DNA of 63,581 bases, filler included, from Choristocarpus tenellus KU-1152 (lineage: Eukaryota; Protista; Phaeophyceae), in the NCBI GenBank assembly GCA_964200185.2. It is 11 parts of 11 records of this genome, joined end to end, with 100 filler letters (N's around TTAATTAATTAA, not from the genome) between each part and the next. Parts side by side here need not be neighbours in the genome. Positions count along the whole stretch, not along the records: positions 20,944 to 29,702 come from CAXNAD020004358.1; positions 29,803 to 35,137 come from CAXNAD020011110.1; positions 35,238 to 40,611 come from CAXNAD020010998.1; 8 more parts are not named here. One strand, written 5' to 3'. The position numbers and the translations under genes were made by a program. Positions 25,576 to 38,117 of this stretch are shown here, in pieces (position 1 is the stretch's first letter; each line of letters begins with the position of its first letter). Below the pieces are notes generated by a model that did no database searches, was not told the origin of the DNA, and saw only the letters and a program-made list of their open reading frames with translations.

Positions 25576-26393
25576 ATATACTTATTATCATCTGTCAGTT
25601 CAGGAGGCCAAGATGATTCAGGTGGTAGATTCTCGCTTTCCCACCCACAAGGAGACCAAGTAAACCAGCTTTCGTCAGCATGCCTTACCTTTGCCACTGT
25701 GATAAAGCGGATTAGCTCACGTGCCTCTCTCTGCTGAAGCTTTATTTTGTTCGCAGTTTTTCTTACAGCTCACTTACTTTTGTCAAGTTTCTGTGCCTGT
25801 GATTGTTCTGGTGCATCTTGCCTTTTAAAGAGCCGGTGTGATGCATCAGATGAGCACTCCTTTTCCAAATGTCTTCTCGCGTTTCACTGCAATATTCAGC
25901 AGCTTAGCTAAGCGTATACTGTCGAACTGTAGGCTGGCATCCAGCACGCCGCATGCATGCACAAACTCATTATCCCCCTGCAAAATCTTGACCACCGTGT
26001 TGATGCCCCGAACAGGTGAGAGAAGTATTTTAGAACACAAGGTGTCAGACATACTGATGTTGACTTCTTTTTTTTTCGTGCTGTCAGAGAGCCGGTGTAT
26101 ACGTGGAGGAGTGATAAAATGGGAGAGACAGTCTATGTATGATGGAAGAGATTGCAAGCTGTGACGCTGTTTGTGACAAAACTCAGCATTAGAACAAGGC
26201 GGTGTTAATGAGTGTACTTATTCTATGCCCGGCATTTGATTCTTTGGTGTCCAACGTTAGTATGAAGGGACAGCTCATTGCGCCAAAAGTTGACACGATT
26301 GCAGGTCAACTACAAGTACAACAAGACAAAACATATCTCCGGATCTTCACTCACACTTCATCTTCTCCTCACCTCTAACCTGCACTGATCCTT

Positions 26394-26568
26394 GGCTTAA
26401 AGTATTGGGGTGGGGGGTGGCGGCTGTCCATTTGAGGTCAATTTTTTCATGTCACAAATTTTGGGTGATTTGTTTGCATACGTCGGATGGATAATGTAAA
26501 TGCACTTTTCCCGTTTTTCCCCAAATAGACACCCTGGTGTAGACCCCCCCCCCCAGATACTTTGGGTC
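26394..26568 (-). mobile_element. MITE-like family A copy
   Basis: GGCTTAAAGTATTGGGG ... CCCAGATACTTTGGGTC, flanked by CCTT/CCTT. Confidence 0.85.
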
Positions 26569-27899
26569 CCTTGCTTCTCCCCTTCCCCCATTTCCTCCGT
26601 ACTTAGAGCTGTGAGCCTGCACCAATTGTAACTGGTTGCATCTCATCAACCATGATTAACTGATAACTTCAGTGTTTTACCGAGTAGAGTCAAACCGATT
26701 GAGAGTTAGGCAGGGATGAATTTTAAGGATCCTGATAAAGGGCAATGTGACACCGATTACAGAAAGAGCCTTTGCTTAATTGTGGTGTCACAATGTGTGT
26801 GTGGAAAGGGGAATATCAATTTCATGTACACTATTTTGCACATTAAGCAAGGAAATAGAGTGTATTGCACAGGGTAACAAAAATAGCTTAGAGTGCAAAA
26901 AGGTCCAAACCTTCCTACCTCTTAACTGATTTGGCTCTTAGTCGGTTATTCCGGACATCATCTGCATGCGTAAGTGCCTCCAAAATTTCCTGCAGGTGTA
27001 GTGTGTGATGACACAAGAGTGCACATGTACAATGTAAGACTCGAAAAGGTTCTGTCTCTGGCAGTGATCCTCACCAGTCAGGAAGTCTACTCCCTAGCCA
27101 GTACACCACTCACTGACCACACACGCTATACACAATACTAATTGAGACAATAAATCATGATTAACTGAAGGGAGCTTAACTTATTATTTTTGTAAGGTGT
27201 AAATCCCCATGATCCAGAGCTCTTATCTATTCTGGAATCCCACGAATGCAAACTGAGGCCATGACAAAGACTTGAGTCCAGAGACAGATATATGTTCTAG
27301 GCTCCTGCAGCTGAATGTAAACATGCTTGCCATACTTTAGCAGATGTGCATACCGTCACCTGTTGTTTCTGCAAGGCCTCTCGCTGCTTAGCCATGTCCA
27401 GGGCACGAAATTTGTAGCCAGTGCGCACAATATTTGCAATGGAGGTCATGTCGTATCGAACGCCAATAACTGGAAGAGGCGAGGGAATAAAAAATACTTC
27501 TTTCTGGGGTCATCATTGAACGGTAGACTTTTTGCAATGCTGTGAAAAAAAAAAGAATGTCCAGATGATACACGACACTTTTTTCTTGAAGCGATCTTGC
27601 TTCGATGGGGAGGCACTACGTGCTCATTCATCTGATACTAGTATTCCTGAGTAGTATGTACAAACCAGAGCAAGGACTACTGCATGTATCAACATGTTTT
27701 TATAATTTGTAATAGACGTTTCCTTCGTGAAAGTGGGATGGCCACAAATGATACTTTTTTGCATGGTGTAATACAGAGTACACACACACACATTCGAAGT
27801 TCATGCATTGGTTTGGCCTGCTATCAGTGAGAATATATTATACTGGGAAGTACTTTGGAGTACCATATTCGGCTTTTCCAATCAACCCGCAGAGATTTA

Positions 27900-29000
27900 C
27901 TTTTTCTGGTGACTTGCCAACAGATACTGTCGAGAAATTCAACCGTATAGACCAACCATTATCGCGCTCAAAGCAATCATGCACTTCAGCTTTGTGAGAG
28001 ATCAACGCCAGTATGCCCACATTGCACAAGCATTATACTTCGTACTATTTCGATTAATTATTATTTGTTGCTTCGGTTCCAAGCCGAGCGAACCTCGAGC
28101 AACTCTCATTGCATGGTTTGCGCTGGTGAAACTATACTCCATGCAATATTCGGTGAGGTTAACAATCGCTTTATTAACGCACCTTGAAGTGCTGCCACGG
28201 CTTGTGCAGCAAGACCAAAGACCCTCTTCTCGAAAGTAACCATCTCTGCCTTCGCGTTGTCGGTCGCAATTCGATCAAGAGTCTGTTGCATCCATGGTCC
28301 GTGCAACTCTGCTGCCCGAATATCCCCTGCGGAAGGATTAGTTGCTATTTGTCGCCGCGATTTATTCACAGTGCTGAGGGTGGCAGAAAGATTCTGGGTA
28401 GGATTATGGTGCGTAATGAAGTTGTGAGAATCTCAAGGTGGTATGACTAATATAGTAAAAGCAGCTTGGTCGGTATAGACAGAGATGTGCTATTTTGGAA
28501 GGAGCTCTGGAGCTCGCAGACAATGAAATTCGTTTGGTGGGACGATGAATGTACGAAGCACGTGCCACAAGCACAATAGGATCGTCATTTGAGGGACCCC
28601 AGTAACAAGTTAGAGACTCTATGGTACACCTTTGCTGCGCACCTTGATTACATGCCTGTCCCCTCGTGACCCAGCACACTCTCTTGCCGAAGTGGTATCC
28701 GCAAAAACATCGCAACTTCCAGGAGGGTCAAATCCCAACCCTATTTTTCTTTGGTCTTCCACCATGTGTTACACTCTGCTTCAGATAGTATGGCTTCTTC
28801 ACTCAATCTTGTTGCCGATCCTTGGGGTGAACATTCAAACATTGAAATTATCATTTCTGATTGAAACGCGTGAAACCGACATGTCTACGTAACTACAACG
28901 TACAAAGAGGAAGGATACACTTTAGCAGTCGTGTCTCCTGCACCAACTTTGTCGTGCCATAACTTTTGATCAACAACAATTTTTTTCATGAAAATTCGTT
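27900..29000 (-). mobile_element. Mutator-like (MULE) transposase remnant
   Basis: Minus-strand DVFADTT (first catalytic D-like, near 28700) and GVPQMTILLCLWHVLR (CxxH motif, 28600-28553). Stops and frameshifts throughout; boundaries are approximate. Confidence 0.55.
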
Positions 29001-29324
29001 TTCTGTAATCGCATCAGCATGCTTAACCTTATTTGATGGGTCTCGGTTGACTAGCTTGCAGTAATCGTGATAAATACAGGACCGTACTCAAATCGAGTAG
29101 TCCGCGCGCATGGTTCGCACGGAGGGCGCCACGCGGCGCGCGCGAACCGCTCATTGAAGGATGATTTTGACACCTGAAGAAGTCATCTTCACCCGGAGAA
29201 CAGGAGCGTTGTTGTCTATCCATTCTCTTTCCATTATTTCCCATTTATGCTATGTTGTCACCTGCTGGCTAAGGCGCACTCATGGGGGCCCAGGACTCTG
29301 AACCAGACAACAATCCATGCCAAG

Positions 29325-29700
29325 TCAAATGAGGTATTCTGAAGGTGCAGGCCTCCTGTGAGACTTAAATGTCTGGTACACCCTGTATAATTTGGTGCAC
29401 TCCATGCCTTTCTCGTTGAAATATATAATAAGGTGGTAAGCAATGCTCAACCTGAAGATTATCTCCACAACTACTACTATGGACAGCCCCCCTTCCTCCT
29501 TAAGACTGACAGGAATGTTGGCTCTCATTCCAGGCAACGTGTAGTCACAGTGGCCGCATACATAGTACTTCGTCCGCCTCCAGACCTCTATTATTGGGTT
29601 CAATTCACAGTGGTACTTTGGAAGCATCAAGGAGTGTCCTCCAAGACGCTCAACCAGAATCGTGCCCGGTGAGTGGCTTAAACAGCATTAAGCCGAGGTT
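29325..29700 (-). mobile_element. IS630/Tc1-mariner-related DDE transposase C-terminal remnant
   Basis: GHSLMLPKYHCELNPIIEVWRRTKYYVCGHCDYT...FKSHRR; cut by the contig end. Confidence 0.8.
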
Positions 29701-30295
29701 AGNNNNNNNNNNNNNNNNNNNNNNNNNNNNNNNNNNNNNNNNNNNNTTAATTAATTAANNNNNNNNNNNNNNNNNNNNNNNNNNNNNNNNNNNNNNNNNN
29801 NNGCGGGACTTGACAGTCCCTTTCCTGGTGTAGCCTCCTGTCCTTCTCCCCCCTTCCATCACCCCCTTCCATCCGCGTCCCAAGTGAGGGAGGTACCTAC
29901 CTGTACGTAAGAAGCAGCATGCTTTGTAGTACATGGTAGATGCTTGGCTGTACCTGTGGTAGAGCACGTGACAACACTGATATGAGGGTGGTGGGGATTC
30001 CAACTCGAGTATAAAATTCTACGTTCTGGCGGTATGTTGTTATTGAGCAGTTTCGAGGTAAGAAATATGTATCGTATGGACAAAACAAATCAACCACGAA
30101 TCCCTGGTGTAGTTGGTGGTGGTGGCGACAAGGGTCGATGAAATCTGAAGAGATACGTATGCATAGAAAGATGTTTGATTGGCTGTTACAATCACATCAA
30201 GAATCAAATTGACCAAGAATCCTTGAGTTCGTGTGTTGGTATGGATGGTGGGAGATGATGAAATTTAGTCAAAGGTATGCATTATAGGGGAGAGC

Positions 30296-30369
30296 GCTCT
30301 GGTGGTTTAGTTGGCTATAACGTGTGCCTCACACGCACAAGGTCCCGGGTTCGAGCCCCGGCTAGAGTA
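30296..30369 (+). tRNA. trnV-CAC: tRNA-Val(CAC)
   Basis: Acceptor stem GCTCTGG/CTAGAGT, anticodon arm TGTGC-CT-CAC-AC-GCACA, T arm CCGGG-TTCGAGC-CCCGG, and a TTTTT Pol III terminator just downstream. Confidence 0.93.
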
Positions 30370-30842
30370 TGGTCCTTTTTAGGAGACGACGATGACACCA
30401 GTAAATAGCCTCAAGTAACGATAAAATTGGTGAGAAATTGAAACCTTACGGTAGTGAATGACTACTGGAATGTACGTCTACAATATGCATGTCGACCACT
30501 CAAAAGAATGGCAACGGGACGTGTATACACACACACACACACACAGAGCCAAGGAAATGAATAGCTGTCGGGCGCAACAAAAAATGCAACAATGGCTGCT
30601 AGTATTCGCTCACCAAAGAAGTGCCCGCCTCTAAACAGACACTCTGTTGGCGGGAGAAGCTGGGCCACCTTTCCCCGTTTGTGGAGCTCCTCGAAGAGGC
30701 CTATGGGATATGTCTTTAGGCACTCAACAGTTTCTGGCAAGCGACTTGTGGGCCCCGAGAAGACCATTAGAATGAGCTTGGGTGAATGAGCAACTTTCAG
30801 GGTCCCCAAGTGGACACCTGGAGAGTTGAAACTTGCAGGAAA

Positions 30843-31078
30843 GAGTCAAATTCTCTTAGAGGGTAGAGCCGCGTCCATTTGGGGGCCAAAATCCAATGTT
30901 GCGATTTCGATGTTTAACAAAAGTATTTGTTAGGAAGTGTCAATATCCTTGTTCTGAACATGCCTTTTCATAACGTATACATTTTACCGACTCCAAAATC
31001 TCATAAACACCTCGAGGGAAGCCAAGCCCCAAGTGGACAAGCAGGGCAAAACTCATATCCTCTGAGATACTTTCACTC
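30843..31078 (-). mobile_element. MITE-like family B copy (internal deletion)
   Basis: GAGTCAAA..CTTAGAGGGTAGAG ... GATACTTTCACTC, flanked by AAA/AAA. Confidence 0.85.
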
Positions 31079-33879
31079 AAACACGCCTGTATGGAAGACA
31101 CAGTTCTTCTCCCGGTGTTACATGTTGGGCGTGGAGACAGAGGGGAGAGAATAGGTGACGAGTGTACTGTGGTAATAGTGTACCTATCATGCCAACAGGT
31201 ATAACCTGATTGACACCGATTTTATTATTATGCCCTCTCACATTTTGCACATGTGTCAGGGGGGAACCAAATGAAAACTATACATATGTCAGTAGAAGCC
31301 CTAAAGAAATAAAATATCATAAATGTGAAAAATATTAATCTATTTCTTACTTCACCACTGTCAATACTGTACTACTACCTTCCTGTGCTTCCAATCTACC
31401 TACTCCAGTGCCCTGGGGGGAAACGCTAGGGAGGCATCCCAAGAATCCAAAATAAACCCCTCCGTGCCAATCTCCCTGGTGACTCTAGCTTAAAACGCAT
31501 GACACATCTAGACAGTGCCACCTGATTGATACCTATCAATATCTTGGATACAAAAAAATAGTTAATTAACCCTCCCCCCCCCCCCTCCAAAAAGGAACGA
31601 AGTGATTGTTGGAAGTCTAACAAATCACTCCAGTGTTACATGCCACTACCTTTACAAACTACACCTACACTACAGTATAATTTTTCCCCAAGGTACAAAA
31701 GGTTAAATGATAGGGTTTCAAAGATACAGAGGCAAAGGAAGAAGGAGAAAAGCAAGACACTCCAACTCCACAAGAGCACATTTCATCATAGATTGAACCA
31801 AAAACACTCTCTCCATATACCCACACCACCCACCCTTGCCTCTAACCACTGTCATTCCCAATAGTAGTTGTGCATGAAGGGCTCATAAGGATTAAGTGTG
31901 CAAAGCGTGAAAATTCTGCATCAACTGAATAGAGGAGGTTGTCCAATCCAGGCGCCTTGCCATCTGAGTAGTCTGAGGTGATGTCTCTTCTCCTCTCTTC
32001 TCTTCATCATTGAGTTCAGTCACCCACCCATGACAGAACAGTGCCCACTGGTACACCATCCAACTTGTAGATGTTGTCAAACATGGGCAATCTGTCAAAG
32101 GAAAGGATTGCAGTCATAGATACCAGTACAATCACATAACCTCAATCTTCAAATAGATAAGTGGAGTCCTCAACCAAGAGGATCTGTCACATACAATCAT
32201 TACTATTACTATTATTGTTGCTGCTATTCCTACATAAAATATTTCTTTTACTTCCATTACTAATATTATATCACCGAGTGGTAAAAGGCCCTTACCAGGA
32301 ATAAACATTCTTGACTCCAATATCTCATTAGACGAGGAGGAATCAACCTTGAGAGGAGCGATGATACGTACGTGGATCACATACGGAATGACAGAACAAT
32401 TTCGAAAAGAACTCGCTTGCATCAACTATCAGATATCAGTTTCAACAGAACTCTCTGTGAAAAAATTCAGGTATCAGCTATCAGGTACAACGTTATCTTG
32501 GAATACGGAAGGGTCCGAACCTGCCTGCATCCTCAATTGATATGACTCAGAGCAATGATAGCACACACAGACACACGTGAAGAATGCATTCTGCTAATGG
32601 AAGATATTAAACATAGGTGTATCCCGGCACGTTACTGTGTGGGACTGGCCTTCCGGGTTTTGTTCATTGACGTATGGGTCACTGAAGAATTGAAGCATTT
32701 ACATGCTCTGTGGCTGCCACATCCGTCCACTCACTACTCGTTCACATCCTCATCATCATCCTCTTCTTCTTCTTTATTCTCTTCTCTATTCTCCTCAATA
32801 TCACTAATTCGAATGTGTCACTCTCAGTCCAAGGGGGGATAATTGGGGGTTCTCCTCCCTCAACTCACTCTTTTCATCCTCCTCTCGGTCATCTTCAGCT
32901 TCAAACTCCTCGTCCGGGCACATTTGGCGACTATACTCAAGGGTATGAACTTCCTCCTTGTATTCTTCCCCTCTCCCGCATTCTAACCCTTGCTCATGCT
33001 TTTCCCAGCTTTCGCAGTTCCCCCATGCTCCATCCTGTAGCAAAGGTCACAAGACCCCCCCAATTGCCATACTCCCTATGCGGGATCATCTGTATCACAT
33101 CATCAACGACGTCGAACAGTGCGATTCTGAGACAGTGTTGTGCCGACCAATATGTGGAAGAATCCGTGCGTTGATATGACGAGGTCAGATCGAGATTATT
33201 ATTCCCAACCTTCCCTCTATCAGTCAAAAATCCCCAAACCGATCTGTCGACTTCTAGGTGTCACCGTGCAACCCCTAGGACACCCCTGACTGACGACCAA
33301 GAGCACACCTGTGGAACGCCAAGATCCTGATTTTTCCGATGCACCTCTTTCTGATGCCCAACACTTGGAAGAGTTTGTTCCTTGGTCGGGTCGAGATTGC
33401 TCCCAACCCCTTATCGGACAATCCTCCAAGTCAACTCTCAATTTCTAGACGCCGCTTGCTGCACAACACGTCTAGGACTCCTCTCAAAACGAAGAGTACG
33501 CGGAATACCAAGATCCTGATCTTTCCAATGCATCACACATCGTATAGATTACGATGCCTTTCCATAGGGATGTAGGGAGGGAAATATGAGGTGGTACAAA
33601 CAGGAATTTTGTGTCTCAAGAATAATCAAAATGAGGAGTAGAAATCAAATTATTTATATTTCCAAATGAAATATGTGTTCCTTTTTGAAATAAATATCAG
33701 TACCATTAGTACGATGTACAGTACAAGTACTAATAATACTAGTGTGTTGAAGAAATTGGGGTTAACGAGTTTCATGTGTTTTAGGATTTGTGTTGAGGTG
33801 TTGTTCATACATAGGCTATTTATTCTATTTGTGGCATAGAAAGAGAAGAGGGTAGATAATCCCACTGTAAAAAAACATC

Positions 33880-34520
33880 ACTACCGTAGAAGAGGTCCTT
33901 TACGCTGAAGAACAAATCAGTTACCACCTCTTCTTGCTGTCTACCACTGTGTTGCTTGGCTGCACGGCAGGAGGTCGACGACGAGTACAGCCGACGAAAG
34001 AAATCTACACAAAATAATCCTATTTTTGAATATATTTAGGGGGCAGGGGATGGGGTCGTGGAAGTGATGGAGGAAGGCTACGACGGTACACAAGGCAGGC
34101 AGGGGTAAGGAACTAGTTAAGTGGAAGTTTTGACCCAGCTCCAGGAATAGACACACAGGTTTCGATCTCACAAAACAGAGAAGGATGGACGGAGAATGGA
34201 ATGTGGTCACATGTGGACAAGGTGGAGGTGATCGAGGATGTGGATGGCGACCCACGAGAGAGGCACGGGGGAGGAAGAGCAGAGTACGTCACTCCTCTTC
34301 GGGAATAGTCGGACAGGTCTCGTCTTTGCAGGATGGTGAAGCCCGGACGGTAAACAGAACGGTCACACAGGGGGATGGGGCTAGAGAGACGGTAGTGGCA
34401 CACGATTATGGTTGCAGGGAGAGGGGACTGCCGTACATGGCTATGATGAGGAGGAGACTGCACAGACGGGTGATAAGGTATTACTGGGATTCAACGGCAA
34501 GGACCTGACACGGAGGTATA
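33880..34520 (+). mobile_element. Gypsy-like RNase H/integrase remnant
   Basis: Decayed RSFTL...AWL, LQE..FD, then VAHD...VIRYYW (integrase zinc-binding region). Heavily frameshifted. Confidence 0.4.
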
Positions 34521-34543
34521 GAGCCGAGGAACAGCCTAGATCA

Positions 34544-34801
34544 GAGTGAAAGTATCTTAGAGGGTACGAGTTTTGCCCTGTTTGTCCATATGGGACTTGA
34601 CTTTCCACAGGTGTTTTATGACTTTTTCCTACCCCGATATGTTTCGGAGTAGGTAAAATTTGCACGTGATGAAAAGGTGTGTCTGGAACAAGGATATTGA
34701 CACTTCCTCAAAAACATGATAGTCAACATTACATCAAAATCGGAACATTCGAATTTGACCTCGAAATGGACGCGGCTCTACCCTCGAAGATACTTTGGCT
34801 C
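34544..34801 (+). mobile_element. MITE-like family B copy
   Basis: GAGTGAAAGTATCTTAGAGGGTA ... TACCCTCGAAGATACTTTGGCTC, flanked by ATCA/ATCA. Confidence 0.88.
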
Positions 34802-35237
34802 ATCAAGTGAGTGTGTGCAGGAGAAAGGAAGTACTGACTGTAGTATCTCGGAAAAACAGATCGCACAGTGTTCTGGTGTGAGCTTACGTGTGGTTGTTGG
34901 CGCGGTCATGGGTTGGGGTCCCCGGTAGAGGAGGCTGGCATCCCGTCCCGTGCCCCACCTTCCGCACCCCTGCCAGCCGAGAACACTACTACGCTGCCAT
35001 TGAGAGAGAGGAATGTGGAAACCGAAGCCGTGCTGGAATCCATCCGCTCACAATTGTCGTCCATCCCTTTTGCCACCCCACCATTCCGTCTGATCTCCAT
35101 CCCACACCCTCACCCCCCCGGATTTTGCTTTACACTCNNNNNNNNNNNNNNNNNNNNNNNNNNNNNNNNNNNNNNNNNNNNTTAATTAATTAANNNNNNN
35201 NNNNNNNNNNNNNNNNNNNNNNNNNNNNNNNNNNNNN

Positions 35238-35407
35238 CTCCAAAATGTTTAGGAGTAGGTAAAATGTATACGTTATGAAAAGGTATGTCCGGAACAAGGA
35301 TATTGACACTTCCTAACAAACATGATAGCCAAAATTATATCAAAATCGGAACATCGTATTTTGAACCCCAAGTGGACACGGCTATACCCTCTAAGATACT
35401 TTGACTC
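35238..35407 (+). mobile_element. MITE-like family B copy, cut by contig start
   Basis: Right two-thirds of family B ending TACCCTCTAAGATACTTTGACTC. Confidence 0.85.
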
Positions 35408-35781
35408 TACAGGTGAAATGGAACAATATTCCCTAACCCTATGGGCAATTGCACAAGTACATTCACCTCAGGAAACTCTCTTACTTATCCTGCTCATTGC
35501 GACTAGAACCTTGGACACGCTCCCATTCCCTTGTGGACAGTCAGTGAGCCTGACTGCTACACCATCTTCCAAAGGCCGATCATTTCCTCAACTTGTGTCA
35601 GCATGTCCAACCCACAAGACATACCAAAATGAACTACATCAAAACATCAATTTCAAAACCGGGTGACTCTAAGTATACCACAAGGCATAAATTGGCACTG
35701 TACATTACATCAACCCTACTAAAAGACAGCCCTTTCTTCACTCCTGACTCATAACCCTAACTCTTAACAAGCCTGCAAGTA

Positions 35782-35909
35782 CAAATAGGGTTGATAACAA
35801 ATAATATATCAAGCAAATAGGGTTGATAACACACAACCTATCAAGCAAATAGGATTGATAACAAATAACCTATCAAGCAAACAGGGTTGATAACAAACAA
35901 CCTATCAAG
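35782..35909. repeat. 4 x 32 bp minisatellite with internal inverted TTGATA/TATCAA
   Basis: CAAATAGGGTTGATAACAAATAACCTATCAAG-like units at 35782, 35814, 35846 and 35878. Confidence 0.92.
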
Positions 35910-36696
35910 TGAGGAACAGATTTAACCCTAACCCTGACCCTAACCCTTAAAAAACAGCAAAGGTATCATTCTTCACTTAAAAAAAATAAAAAAATCGGGC
36001 CATGCATGGGGAAAATGTTCTTGTGTCTTGCACGGAATCTCAACTCCAATGGGGATCGTAAGAACAGGTCTCAGGACACGATGAACCGGAGTTACAACAG
36101 TTAGGGTTAGGGCAGATGTCACAAAAACCAATTGGTTTCATACTGCCGCTGATAGGAGTGGACCCTCACGAAGTGAACAAGTCCCCAACATGTAGAGTGT
36201 TCTCAACTTAGGGCTTGCTGAGGTCAAAATCTTTTCAGCAAACGATCTTGGAAGGGTTAGGGTTAGGGTTTAGAAAAATGGTGCGAAATTCGAAATAACT
36301 TTTATGAAACTCTAGCCTGTGGCATCTTGGTAAATGATTTGGGTCACGCTGTAGGTGAGATGAGTTAGTTAAACAAACAGGTTAGGGTTAGGGTCAGGTA
36401 GCAGTCTTGTTTCTTTTTTCTGAATACGTCGTAGCTGTAATCTGTGAACTATTGGGGAGAGACCTCGAGTAAGGCGCAACCCACCTTCAGCTCACAGAAG
36501 GAGTCATTCACTCTTATGCCCAAGGATGCTCTAGGCCTTTCTCACAGTTGTGACCCAATGTGGGATTCCTGACCTCTTTGTAGGTGTAATCAACTTCAAC
36601 GCTCCTGCTCTACAACTTTGCTAGCCTCTACCCCTCATAAAAGGCCTACACTAGTTCACAGTAGATTTACTTCACTCAGGGTTTGTTAAAACTAAC

Positions 36697-37361
36697 CTGG
36701 CGGTTGATGTCATCATCCTCAGCAACCCACCCAAGCAATTCTGTCAGGAAGTCGAAGTACCTCTCCACCAGCCAGTCACGGTACAAGTAGGATGCTTTTA
36801 CGGAAGTCTCTTCCCTTCCCTCCTCTACTGACGGTGTACTTCCATCCACCCTCCTCCGCTTCTTGGCGCCCTCACCCCCAACCGTAGCCTTGTTGCCAGT
36901 GCGAGGGAGCTATGCGGTGGGGGCAGTGGGGGCAGTAAGGTCTTGGAGGAAACCGAGTCCACGAGGCCCCAGACACCAAGATTCGATGCCAGCAACAACA
37001 TAGATTATCAATACAAATACTCGATCTTATCGTCGTCGCACTCGACGCTGCCTTTACATATTATCCAAGGGAATTTGAGAGGGGTAACAATACTCTGTAA
37101 TGACTACAACACTATCACCATGTAAGCACCATTACAACTCGCACCTGTGGGTTAGAAACGTCAAGGAGCTGCGAGAAGATGCGGCGGAGGCAGTGAACGG
37201 AGGCCAACGCCACAGAGGTGTCATTCTTTCGGTCCATCTCCTTGAGTAAGGTTACAATACCATTGGATTTTTCTACGTGAGAAAGCACCCCATGCTCCAC
37301 CTGGTAGAAGAGAATTTGATCAAGCACATCAGAACTGAGTTCATACCATCAAAGTCTCCAT
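36697..37361 (-). CDS. NOC4: Nucleolar complex protein 4-like (Noc4/CBF family), 5' exons only
   Basis: Exons 37361-37347 (tentative), 37300-37145 and 36909-36697, all phase 0. SNGIVTLL...ASVHCLRRIFSQLL...YRDWLVERYFDFLTELL resembles the Noc4 N-terminus as recalled; no alignment was run. Confidence 0.68.
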
Positions 37362-38117
37362 TGAAGGTAAATAATGACATCAGCTTAAGAAAGTTAAGTA
37401 TCCACGAGAAGAGCTGCGAAGCCACGATTGCTACCAAGACCAGACCAAGGACAGAACGAGAGAGATCGACTAGCAGGCACGATGTAGTCTAGGAAGAAGC
37501 AGACCAGAGGAGCTAAACGCGCCATCCCACATCAAAATTAATACGCAAAGCCCTAAATACATATCATATAGTCAAACAGAATTTGAAGCACTTCAACTCC
37601 ATGACCACATTAGCTTAAGATCAATGGACACCCTTCCGTGACACTTACAAACACACACCTGCCGCAAAGCGCGCACTCGAGACTTGGCGTCCATTACACT
37701 TCAATTCCGAAGTTTTTAAACAAGTCAGTAGTAAGGGTGCACAATCAGACAGGGGTGGAGAGGTATCCAGGAGAGGTTGGGCAAGGTGGACAAAACTGTG
37801 ATGGATTCGATTTGTGTGGTCCTATCCAATGATTAACGCCTTCCATGGTATGATTTGATATTGTACTTTGGTGTGGTTGATAAAGTTCTGACAGGCGAAG
37901 CTTTCCATTACGCCGTCAAAAAGATCTCTAGCAGAAGGTCTAGGAGTTCAATAGGTGGTTTGGATTCAACCCTTCTCCTCATAGTCCGTCGGTCTGAGCA
38001 AGATTTGATGGATAGTTCTAACATGACATAGCAGCCGCGCGCGCATGTTATACGCGAGCGCAAAATTGAAGTTTTGTTGTGGTGATGAAGAAAACTAAAC
38101 TACAGTTTTTGAACAAC

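Noticed and set aside
30592-30790. Possible RTE 3' fragment (a similar one near 54380-54480)
   Set aside because: Similarity rests on only a few residues, too weak to list as a feature.
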